Position numbers and translations under genes: made by a program. The notes below the pieces were generated by a model that was given only the letters and a program-made list of their open reading frames with translations, was not told where the DNA came from and made no database searches. From Chiloscyllium plagiosum (taxonomy: Eukaryota): a stretch of DNA of 20,000 bases. The stretch is from positions 21,186,013 through 21,206,012 of the forward strand of contig NC_057720.1 of assembly GCF_004010195.1 (NCBI RefSeq), read 5' to 3'. This document shows positions 9,772 to 20,000 of this stretch, one piece after another (the first letter of the stretch is position 1; the number at the start of each line of letters is the position of its first letter).

Positions 9772-11943
9772 CTTCACTGTTCTGTGGAAAACTAGCCCAG
9801 TTTCTATAACCTCTCCATGTGATTGAAATCCCTGCAAACATTCTAGTAAAGCTCCTCTGCATGAAGGTCTTGACATCCTTCCTCAACAGTGGTGTCTTAT
9901 CTGAATTGGACACAAAACAACAGATGTGGCCTGTGGTTTATAAAGATTTGGCATTACATCTTGTTTGCCTGCCTCTATTAATCAAGCAAACAATGGTAGA
10001 AACTCAGTAAGGTTGGAAGTTGACTAATTGCACTGACACTCCAAGTTGGGACCTGGCATGGAGTCAAAACTGACATGTATTGCAGACCTTATACCAAAAA
10101 CACCAGATTTAGGGAGCTCTATTCTGAATTACGTCTTGGTGTTTGAAAGAAATATGATACAATATTTTTTAAAAAGTGCCTCCCCAACATGAACATTTAC
10201 TGAGAGAAGGCAACTTCCATTTTCTGGGAGCAAACAAGTTAAACTTGGTCCTCATGTTCCTCCAGGACAAAAGTGACAAGATCCTCTTTTTTTTTCCCCT
10301 GCCCTATCAGCCCACTGCAGGCCAACAAATCTCAACTAGCATTTCCTCCCAACATATTAAGCGGTGATCATTTGTAGATGTATGCTCTAAGTGATTTACA
10401 CAAGGATGTTTGTGCATGTCTGACACTGAGTGTCAGGCTTGTCTAGACAGATAGAGCTGAAGAAGCACTGATCGTAAAGTGTGCCTGCCCGAAGACTGGA
10501 AATGAGTTAATCGAACAGATTGCGAACATCAATATGATGCTGTGTCTTCCTGTCCTTGCTGAAATCCATTTGAAAACTCAAAAAACATCAAACGTTGAAA
10601 TAAACTTTTCGTGCTAGATGGACAGGGTGTAAGAATGAATTTCTTCCAAAGATTAAAGACACTTCTATTTCTGAGATAAACTTAAAGATGAGATCTTGTT
10701 CAAAGGAAGCTGAGTCATCATCCCCAGAGACATGAGAGCAGAGATGATGCAGAAAATCTACTTGGGATTTTGCTATCTTGGGATTTGAAGGAAATCTGTA
10801 CACAGCCAGACATGGTATTTACTGGCCTGGCAAAAATGTTAAAGACCAAGTCTACATTACTTCATAGTTAAATATTTAATACCAATGACATAAACCAGGG
10901 ACCCAAGGAGGGTCCAATGTCTCGTGGATTCTGAAATTATATAATTTCTGTTGCACAAATAAGCATGATCTTAAATAGAAGCAAAAATTAGGCTTCAGAT
11001 ATATCAAAGCCTTGACTAGTATCCTTGACTGAAGCGGAGTGCAAAATTTGATTTGCAATCAGTGAATAACTACTGGAGAACCTTGAAATGTTAGAATATT
11101 AAAATAAATTTATGACAAAAATCTTAATATTTGTTTTTTAAAGAGCAGATATCGGGATAGCTACCTTCAATTGTCAATTCCCTGGGAAAGTTCTGCACCA
11201 TCATGCCAATGTAAGTTAAATGCTGTTATTAGAATACAAACAGGTCCATGAAATGTTTTGTTAATTGTATAACTGGTTTGAACCAGTTTGGAGTTATACT
11301 AGTGCTGAAGTTTTGAGGTTGTGTGTATCTGTGACACTGACAAATCAACTGACACTGCACATTATGACAACAACCAGATGCTTACCCCTGAGTGCTATCA
11401 TAGGATCTGTTGGCTATAAGACCTAGAATAATGAACACTATTTCATAGCTTCTTCAAATTACTCCAGACATTGTTATGACACTTTTTAATGAACCACAAT
11501 TAATACTAACCTAATTAACAAGCTACAATAATTATGCCAATAGAAGACCCATTGTATATTCTGGGAGAAGTACAACATATGTTGAGGACCTGTTGTATAA
11601 AGTACTTGTCAAACAAATGGAATTGACATCATGGGTATTCGTGGCTGCAGGCTCATTTGTTAGATAAGTATTGTATCTCAGCGCCATCACATGTATCTTA
11701 GTGTTTAATAAAATGCTTTCATTTAGTTTCAACTGTATTCTCTCTGATTATAGGATTGGGCTATCAAATTTCAGCATCAGTGCTGGATTATAGGTCTTCT
11801 GGTTTACTGCCGTGGGATTGGGGATAAGGATGGGAACGGTTTGATGGTGCAATGTAGCCTTTAGTACCACAGCTTGAATTATATCCCAATATTACGCCAA
11901 ATTTTAGCCGGTGTGCCTTCGTACTTGCTAATGGCTATGTGAT

Positions 11944-12160
11944 AAAAACCAAAAAAACTGCAGATGCTGTAAATCAGAAACAAAAACAGAAATTGCTGGA
12001 AAATCTCGGGAAGTCTGGCAACATTTGTGCAGAGAAATCTGAGTTAATATTTCGGGTTTGGTGACCCTTGAAGATCAGTGGACCTGGAATGTTAACTGTG
12101 ATTTCTCTTCAGAGATGCTGCCAGACCTGCTGCGGATTTCCAAGCAATTTCTGTTTTTGT
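11944..12160 (-). mobile_element. Penelope-like terminus, fold-back palindrome (older, second family)
   Basis: Arms about 11980-12069 and 12071-12160 (ACAAAAACAGAAATTGC...GCAATTTCTGTTTTTGT) with an unpaired tail on the left. The minus strand keeps AAGGGTCACCAAACCCGAAA (stem II plus GAAA). Degenerate flanking repeats TAATGGCTATG (11929-11939) and TAATGTCTACG (12164-12174). Confidence 0.7.
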
Positions 12161-12696
12161 CATTAATGTCTACGGTAGAGTGAGTTCTGATTAGTTCTCT
12201 CTTGCCACTGGTCATTTTTTTTAACAATGTTATGGTAACTAATGAAATCAGATTATAACAAGATTTTTTATATATATAAATAGAAATAAAAACTTGGCAC
12301 GTTATGCGGTGGATCAGTGGGCCCATTATCTACGTACTATGTGTTATGGTATAATCACATAAAATTCACAGATTGGAATCTAATAATTTCCAAAACAAGC
12401 AATCTATAGACCTGACTTCAGGAGGGAAAATATGATTTGCATCATTCTTTCCCTGCTGCTTAAGTGCCTTTTTTTTACCTTCTTCAATCTGTTTAGATTT
12501 TTATGGGTATTTAAACAGTGAGTGTTGATGACATCCTCTGGGAGTTGCTGCTGGGCCAAATGTGTGAGGCAGCTGAGCTAACATATAGCTGAAGTGACAG
12601 TTGATGGTGAAATACCATGTGTTGGTTTACTTTCTTCAATCTATTGCACTCAATTGCATCAAAGGAACGCTTTTCCTCCTGGCCCCTCACAAACAG

Positions 12697-12714
12697 CATC
12701 ATCATCATCATCAT
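12697..12714. repeat. (CAT)6 microsatellite
   Basis: Six perfect CAT units. Confidence 0.9.
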
Positions 12715-13341
12715 TCACTGACAAATATTGACCAAAGGAGTTGGTTGTATAAATGTTCTCTTTTTAGCGCTTCCATTCTCCCTGAGGCAGATCTGCCTTT
12801 ACATAAAATGTGCAATATTCGGCCCAACACTTTCCTCTTCACCTATGAACTCCCGTAAACAGCTACTCATTTACAATACCCCTGAAAAATAATAAAGAAT
12901 TATTGGTTTGTGTGTATTTGTTGATAAAATGTTGCCACCATTTCTATTTCTTTGATTGGGCCTAAGGGCTTAGTTGGTCCACACCATCTTGAATCTTTGT
13001 CTTCATTGGAAGAGACTCTTATCATGATGGGATATGTTTTTTTCACATGACAATTATCAGATACAAATAACATAACTGTGTTCTGCAATGATGTGAAGGC
13101 TTTGAGATACACATGGGTCTGCAAACCTGTCTTTAATCCACCCAAGTCTATATGACATCATCAGCTTGGGTGGATCTTAATGCAGTCTCTTACATTAACC
13201 CTTTCAGAACCATTGCTCATACAATTTATAGCGCTGGTTGTTTGAAATTCACTGAAGGCATGCCTGTTTTTGTGCACAGACATGTTTGTAGGTATTTGTG
13301 AATGCATTCTCTGGTGTCTTATTTTAAAATGTTAATTTTTA

Positions 13342-13558
13342 AAAGTTAAAAATCACACAACACCAGGTTATAGTCCAACAGGTTTAATTGGGAGCACTAG
13401 CTTTCAGAGCGCTGCTCCTTCATTAGGTGGTTGTGCCACCTGATGAAGGAGCGGCGCTCCAAAAGCTAGTGCTCCCAATTAAACCTGTTGGACTATAACC
13501 TGGTGTTGTGTGATTTTTAACTTTGTACACCCCAGTCCAACACCAACATCTCCAAATC
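13342..13558 (+). mobile_element. Penelope-like terminus, fold-back palindrome with hammerhead motifs (third family)
   Basis: 89-bp inverted arms (13342-13430, 13436-13524; 4 mismatches by eye), 5-nt spacer TTGTG and a 34-nt tail. The right arm reads CCAC-CTGATGA-A-GGAGC-GGC-GCTCC-AAAA-GCTA-GTG. Flanks AATTTTTAAAA and AATTTTTTTAAAA resemble a TSD. Confidence 0.85.
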
Positions 13559-13604
13559 AATTTTTTTAAAAATATCTAATTTATAACTAACCTGGTGAAT
13601 CACT

Positions 13605-14230
13605 TAGGACTTGAGATGAGGTGTCATTTCTTAAATCAATTAGCTGTGAATCCTTGGAATATTCTGCTCCAGAGGGTTTTGAATGCTCCTGTGTTGACTA
13701 TATTCAAAGGCTGAGATAGATAGATTTTAGTGAATCGAGGGATACGGGAATTGAGCAGGGAAGTGGAATTATGGAATCCCTACAGTGTGGAAGCAGACCA
13801 TTTGGCCCGTTGAGTCCACACTGACCATCCAAACGTCATTCAAAACAGACCCCCTCCCCACCCCACCCCACTTTATCCCTGGACCCCTGCATTTCCCATG
13901 GCTAATTCACTCATCCTGCACATCCCTGGACATTATAGGCAATTTGGCATGGCCAAACTATCTAAGCTGCACATCATCGGACCATGGGAGGAAACTGAAG
14001 CACCCAGAGGAAACCCAGGCAGACATGGGGAGAATGTGTAAACTTCACAAAAAAAGTTGCCCAAAGGTGGAATTGAACCAGATCCCTGGCGCTGTGAGAC
14101 AGTAGTGCTAACTACTGAGCCACCGTACCACCCACGTTACGGCCCAATGATCCACCATGATCCTATTGAATGATGAAGCAGGCTTGAGGGACCGAATGGC
14201 CTTGTCCTGCTCTTATTTCTTACGTTCTTG
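13605..14230 (+). mobile_element. Old CR1 3' end (about 13605-13770 and 14137-14230) interrupted by a SINE
   Basis: ATATTCAAAGGCTGAGATAGATAGATTTT..GGGAAGTGGA continues after the SINE as CCATGATCCTATTGAATG..GACCGAATGGCCT..CTGCTC, as in 18570-18744. Confidence 0.8.
13773..14133 (-). mobile_element. HE1-like V-SINE, full length
   Basis: The minus strand starts GGGTGGTACGGTGGCTCAGTAGTTAGCAC (A box) and has GGTTCAATTCC (B box), the V-domain and a CR1-like tail. Homologous to 9130-9470. Confidence 0.9.
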
Positions 14231-14656
14231 TTCAAATCAATGGACCAAATTGGTTGCTGACGCCCAACAGAGAGCTGAACATTTGAGGCAGGCGATGCAG
14301 CAAATAAAAAGAAGTGTTAAATTATTTACACATTTGATCTGATATAGAATTTTGCACTAAAGTGTAAAGCATAGCAGATAGGTCAAAAAATGTGAGGATT
14401 GAATAAACCGTCACACAAAGACTTACTGTGGGAGGAATAGACACACTTTCAATCTGGTATAGCATTTTTTAAAATGAAAAATCTCACATTAGGAATATGA
14501 AGCTAGCACAATAGAAGAAACACCTGCAGAAGTGATGTCATGATTTACCAATGCTGTATGGTTATAACACTTGAGAAATAACCTTTCTGAAGCAATTCAG
14601 TTTACTCCACTTCTTCCCAACTTTTTATCCACCTCAAATTCCACCCATTTGGTGAT

Positions 14657-14868
14657 AGGTGTCAGTTAGCGCAGTTGGCTGGACAGCTGACTTGTAGCAC
14701 AGAGTGATACCAACATGGTTAGAGGGTACCATAAAGGACTCTCCTTCTCAGCCTTTCCCTTCAACTGAGGCATGGTGACCCTCAGGTTAAACCACTACAG
14801 TCATTGCTCTCTGTAATAAGATAGCAGCCCTATGCTCTGCTAAGGCTGTGGCAATTTTACCTTTACCA
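14657..14868 (+). mobile_element. tRNA-derived SINE, second family (B-box region deleted)
   Basis: Colinear with 9537-9771 (GCTGGACA..CAGAGTGATAC.AACA..GGTGACCC..CAGGTTAAACCAC) and ends in TTTACCTTTACC. Confidence 0.7.
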
Positions 14869-17800
14869 CTTTGTTGACATCTAACCTTCATATAACCTGT
14901 TCGATGTTTGTTTTCTCTCCATTATGAAGTATCCTCAGATGTCAGGCTGCATTTTTAAACGGGGCATGGGGGCGGGATAGGAAGAGAACAGGCCTGTGAA
15001 TTCCTGGCATGGTTAAAGCTCCGGACTTTTCTCCAACCATGGGAAGAGTTGGGTTGAGGCTTTGGGAAGGGGGAAGGCGATGTGTATCAGGGGGTGGGAG
15101 GAAAGGGTAGGGTAACAGTTTCCCAGCACCAAATCGAGCTGGGAATAATGTTTCACACTGAACTGGGATACGTTAAGTTTACGACTAGTGAGTTATCAAA
15201 TCAGCCCACAGTCCCAAAGAAAAAGTGAAATCAAGAGACAGCTGATGGTGCTGCAGGCTATACTTTGTTGGCTAAAACCCTGTCTGATTTTAGTCAGGGT
15301 AATCGTGTGATTCCAGAGCGACAGCTTTTCATCTTTACATTTTGATTCTGTGCAATGCTCAGAACCTTCTACACTGGAAACTTGAAAAAAAAACACATGC
15401 TTTCATCCATGCAGATGAGATGTCATAGCTATACTTAACAGCAGTGTCACACAAACTGAGAGAAAAATTCTTGCAGTCAGTCTGCACCGACCCACACATT
15501 AACAGAAAGAAGGTCGTCAGCTAATGGAGCAGGAAAGATGCGCGATTGTTCAGAGGGAAAAAAAAATGCAACTCTGCTCTCTTCTCCACTAATGGGAAAA
15601 CAAATCTGCTGCTCCACATAATATTGAACTCTTTATTCAAATATTCATGGCATGTTGCAATGTATTTATTTTCTGTGAGGGTGGCAGCTGAATAATGCAG
15701 AGGAACAACAGGATTGTTCGAGAAAGGGCATTCAGATGTTGACCTTAGAACAGGACTAGATTAGTCAGGGAATTTAAATGTTAAAAATCAAATGAAAAAG
15801 TATGCAGTGAGTGTGCCAGTTAATCAGTTAATCCATGGTAATATATGTATCTAAATGCGACTAACCCTTGGTGGTGGAGGGAGACGTTCAGTGTAGCAAA
15901 TCAGCATTAATGGATGCAGTAAGTAAAGGGATGTTGAAGCAATACAGATGATCCCACACTGAAGTGTACTAAAATTACAAAGTAAGTAATCTCTGAATCT
16001 GGAAATCATGGCTGAGGGGTGGAGTATGAAGTCACTGGATAAACACAGAGATCTAGAATTATGTTAACCCTTTTAACAGTGTACCTGAAATTATTAGGCA
16101 TTCCCATATTGTTCAATGGAGCAATCACACAGCAGTTAATAGCCTGATTTGCAGAATAGGGATATTATTATTGTTGGAAAAACAAAGACAGCTCAATATT
16201 TGTTCAATAATAATGCCATTGAATTTTGTGTGTATGTATTTGATTTGGGAACAGTTAGTTGACAGAATTTTGCTTTCTTTTAGGTGGGAGTTTTTAAATT
16301 TGCTTCTGCTACCTCAGTGAGGCAATTTGAGTGGAACAGAATCTGATTTCCTACAAAGGAAAGGTACCTGCGGATGTATTACAGACAGATGGTTGTGCCG
16401 ATGAGTTAGCCAAGTATCACTTAGAAGGAACATGCAGCTGAGTTTTAATGTTCTCCACTGGGAATTAATGAAGCGCATATTCATAGCATAAATCAAATGT
16501 TCCAGCATGTTTCTTTTTTGGAATCATTGGTGTGTTTCTGTTTTGACTTTTCCGGGAATTATTCCATGCTGCTGTATGGCACATGAACCATTTCCACCCC
16601 CAGCCTCCATATCTTCATGCAGAATGTTGGAGCTCATTGATGCTAAAGTGGCTACTGTGCACCGAAGCCTTTCAACTCTAGAAAGAATTCTATCTATTGT
16701 ACGAAAGCAAAAAGGCAGATAGTTATGAGCAGTAAACAGGCACCATTCCAAGGGTAATAAATTAATTTGTATTTCTTGAAGTTCAACTCTCCAAATGATT
16801 ACTGATAGCAACATTAACTGATTGTGAGGAGCTAACTTTATCTATTTGGATTAACTACAACTGAAGGAAAACAATATATATTAACCTGTTAATTTGATTC
16901 TTTTTCCTCCTTTTTCTCAAGATAAAATACAAGTGACTCCAACAGACGTTACCATGAGACATCAATGGTCTCATGGTAAGTCTATATAAGTGCAGAAAAG
17001 AAAAATAAAACATGAAATTACGATACAGCCAGAAATGACAAAAGGAAAGAACATGGGCGAAAATAGATATGAGTTCAATCCAACAGGCATTTCTTTAGAT
17101 TTTCTTTCCTAAGAGTAGTCAGTTTGTTTGTGAAAAATCTTTAGAATTGGAGATCTCTTCTAAATCCATAAGAGCAATGGGTGACAAAAATAAACTAAAA
17201 GCTGCTGGCCATGTTTCTTAATGAGTACATTCTGACTAAAAGCTGATATGTTCATGAAGATAAAATGATCATTTCCCATTAGTGCATTGAAAGGCCACTG
17301 TAAGCCAGTGTATTCCCTTTTGGCAACCAGGGAGAGCCAATTATTCTGATACAAGATACATTGATGAGTCCCACTACCAGCTGGCAGCACTTCAATGGCT
17401 TTTATGTATTGGTCTGTGCAAGCATGTTAAAGGGATAGTTCCCTTTCAATTTTTAACAAAAGTGTGCATGTGTGTGAACAATGCATTCTTCTGTCGTTTT
17501 AGAAAAAATATTAATACAGTGATAAAATCTTCTGAGGTTGAACCTCAAACCTGTTTCAATGCGAGGGTGTATCTGTTTGTTCATAATGCCAGGTATATTC
17601 CATTCTGACAATTTATAATTATAATACACTGTAAAACACATGATTCTGCAACACCGAGAATATTACTGTTTTTAAAACATGTAAACAATGAAAATGCAAT
17701 TTATTGTTCTGATGGTAGGTTTTATAAAACTCCATGCAAAATGCTTTGATGAAAAAAAAATTCAAAAATAATTATCAAAAACAAATCTTGAAGTATAAAA

Positions 17801-17899
17801 GATTGTTTGGACTGTAAAGAAAACTTGTAAATCTTACGAAAAGCAGGATACGGTAGAGATTTCCAGAAATGTCTGAAAGAGAAAAGGGAGGTTCATTGT

Positions 17900-18017
17900 A
17901 TAGGAACATAGGAACAGGAGTAGACCATTCAGTCCCTCACACCTGGTCCACCGTTCAATGAGATCATGGCTGATCTATGGCCTAACTCCATATTACCTGC
18001 CTTTGGCCCCTATTCCT
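17900..18017 (-). mobile_element. CR1 3' UTR tail
   Basis: ATAGGAACATAGGAACAGGAGTAGACCATTCAG..TTCAATGAGATCATGGCTGAT is a reversed CR1 tail with an 8-bp terminal repeat. Confidence 0.85.
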
Positions 18018-18380
18018 GATTGGGTAGAAATCCTGTTTTTCAGAACAGCTGTCACACTGGCTTGTCAAATGAAGTGCAATCACTAATTTAAATACAATAT
18101 TGATAGCCTTAACTTTCTGAGGTCAGATCTACCAGGTTTTCTCTATTCAGTCATAAACCAATTTCACCTTCTGGATTGTATTTGCTGCCATCAGAGATAC
18201 CAATTCCATCTCCTGCATGCACCGCTAAGAAGAAGCTCAGTATGTGGGATTGAAACATCCTAGCTGTCGTGATGCTGACCTGCGAACTTGAACTGTCTAT
18301 ACCCTTAGACTAGTTATTCCAGTTCACCTTTGACATTGACGTCTATCTGAAATTGCACAAAAGCAGGGTGGATGTAAATG

Positions 18381-18744
18381 GTCATGGCTTGGAGAGGATG
18401 GACGATAGGAAATTGTTTCCGTTAGGCGAGGAGACTAGGACCCATGGACACAGCCTTAGAATTAGAGGGGGTAAATTTAGAACAGAAATGCGGAGATATT
18501 TCTTCAGCCAGAGAGTGGTGGGCCTGTGGAATTCATTGCCACAGAGTGCAGTGGAGGCTGGGACGCTAAATGTCTTCAAGGCAGAAATTGATAAAATCTT
18601 GATGTCACAAGGAATTAAGGGCTACGGGGAGAATGCGGGTAAGTGGAGTTGAAATGCCCATCAGCCATGATTGAATGGCGGAGTGGACTCGATGGGCCGA
18701 ATGGCCTTACTTCCGCTCCTATGTCTTATGGTCTTATGGTCTTA
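18381..18744 (+). mobile_element. Relatively young CR1 3' fragment
   Basis: Open ORF2 C-terminus (LFPLGEETRTHGHSLRIRG..FFSQRVVGLWNSLPQSAVEAGTLNVFKAEIDK) and terminal (TCTTATGG)n repeats at about 18724-18744. Confidence 0.92.
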
Positions 18745-19164
18745 TTATCACCTTCCTTCAACCACCAGCAAAGTGGGAGAAGAAGTAATCAATGTTGTCA
18801 GGAAGTGATATTCGTTCATCAAAAACCTGCTTACTGATACTCGATTTGGCTTACAATGTTAGCTTCTGAATTCTGATGCCAGAGGAGATTTGAAAAAGCC
18901 ACAAAGGTAGAGTTCCAATACTATAACTATTGCAGCAAACTGGATTTTTAAAAATATTCGACATTAAGGAGCTTTTAAACAAGACCCTAACAGTCATGTG
19001 ACTTCTCTCCAGAATTCAACTGTGATTAGAACCAGATGTACCTCACAAAGTAACACTATCCACAAGGGTGAAAAGAAACTCAGGAACAATGACATCCTTG
19101 GTGATTCAATTGCAAAAGGCTTGCATTCAAATTCTGATAGTAGTAGGAAAGACAAATAAAGCTT

Positions 19165-19672
19165 CATAAACTACGCATAGCACTAGTCAAACCACACTTC
19201 GAATAATGTGAACAGTTTTGGTCTCCTATCCAAGAAAAGATATATTGGCATTGAAGACAGTCCAGAGAAGGTTCATTGGATTGATTCGGCGTATGGAGGG
19301 GTGTCTTATGAGGAGAGATTGAGTAAATTATGCTTGTACTCTTTGGGGTTCAGAAGAATGAGCGAAGAACTAATTGAAGATATAGGATTCTTAGAGGCCT
19401 TGACAGGGTAGATGAGGACAGGTTGCTCCCCTTGTAGAAGAGTCCAGGACAAGAGGGCAGAACCACAGAGTAAGTGGTCATCCATTGAAGACGGAGATGA
19501 GGAGAATTTTTTTTATTCTCTCAGAAGGAAGTGAACCTGTGGAGCTCTTTACTACAGAGGCTGTCAAGGCTAGGCCATTAACTGTGTTCAAGGCTGAGAT
19601 GGACAGATTTCTAATCGGTTAGGGATTCAAGGTTTACGGTTAACAGGCAGGAAAGTGGGTTTGAAGGTCATC
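19165..19672 (+). mobile_element. Decayed CR1 ORF2 C-terminal fragment
   Basis: ALVKPHFE*CEQFWSP at about 19180-19227, SYEERLSKLCLYSLGFRRM, and later FKAEMDRFL. Confidence 0.85.
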
Positions 19673-19695
19673 AGAAAAAAAAATTAACCCTGGTT

Positions 19696-20000
19696 TATAG
19701 AGTCATAGAGTCATAGAGATGTACAGCATGGAAACAGACCCTTCGGTCCAATCTGTCCATGCCGACCAGATATCCCAACCCAATCTAGTCCCACCTGCCA
19801 GCACCCGGCCCATATCCCTCCAAACCCTTCCTATTCATATACCCATCCAAATGCCTCTTAAATGTTGCAATTGTACCAGCCTCCACCACATCCTTTGGCA
19901 GCTCATTCCATACACGTACCACCCTCTGAGTGAAAATGTTGCCCCTTAGGTCTCTTTTATATCTTTCCCCTCTCACCCTAAACCTATGCCCTCTAGTTCT
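19696..20000 (-). mobile_element. CR1/HER1-like LINE 3' end, continues past the window
   Basis: ORF 19785-19976 (FTQRVVRVWNELPKDVVEAGTIATFKRHLDGYM) and reversed tail (ATAGAGTC)n. Same subfamily as 4325-5085. Confidence 0.93.

Larger units (their letters stand above)
9055..9915 (-). mobile_element. Old CR1 fragment broken by two SINEs (pieces about 9055-9127, 9475-9534, 9772-9915)
   Basis: The three pieces join into a continuous CR1 ORF2 C-terminal region. The last translates as LRKDVKTFMQRSFTRM on the minus strand. Confidence 0.65.

Noticed and set aside
10446..10616. Open frame TDRAEEALIVKCACPKTGNELIEQIANINMM... after an AG
   Set aside because: Weak polypyrimidine tract, no recognised homology, and a length expected by chance.
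11271..11288. Inverted repeat AACTGGTT-TG-AACCAGTT
   Set aside because: An 8-bp stem can arise by chance in 20 kb and has no supporting context.
12511..12858. ORFs with His6 or Met6 runs
   Set aside because: Both runs come from the (CAT)6 microsatellite; no other coding signal.
14040..14133. tRNA gene (A and B boxes; also about 9130-9190)
   Set aside because: The boxes belong to SINE heads followed by a V-domain; no full cloverleaf.
14944..15207. MITE with ends AGGCTGCATTT and AAATCAGCCC
   Set aside because: The terminal match is short and imperfect, with no clear TSD.
16524..16814. 96-aa minus-strand ORF as a protein-coding exon
   Set aside because: No recognisable family, and a stop lies before the candidate donor site. 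Kept only as part of a low-confidence finding.
1..20000. CRISPR array or prokaryotic operon/defence system
   Set aside because: No regularly spaced repeat-spacer array and no gene-dense coding; the sequence is vertebrate repeat-rich DNA.

Overview
Eukaryotic, AT-rich, repeat-dense non-coding DNA (intronic or intergenic). The repeat content points to a cartilaginous fish, most likely a shark; this is inferred from HE1-like V-SINEs and HER1/CR1-like LINE tails, not from a database search. No intact host protein-coding gene is recognisable, and most ORFs in the track are pieces of decayed retroelements. The window holds about a dozen CR1 LINE fragments, an L2 3' end, a 5'-truncated Tx1-clade LINE (about 1750-3442), three HE1-like SINEs, two copies of a second tRNA-derived SINE and a probable solo LTR, often nested inside one another. 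The most notable structures are four short insertions resembling Penelope-like element (PLE) termini with hammerhead ribozyme (HHR) motifs. One has an intact minimal HHR core (8384-8419). The other three, from three sequence families, are fold-back palindromes of about 90-bp arms plus a short tail between (near-)direct repeats (4794-5010, 11944-12160, 13342-13558). The PLE-HHR link is established knowledge; whether these palindromic minis are mobile units of their own cannot be decided from this window. A repeat-poor stretch of about 2.6 kb (15200-17880) is the best candidate for host function. All family names come from recalled consensus motifs and boundaries are approximate unless a target-site duplication (TSD) is given.
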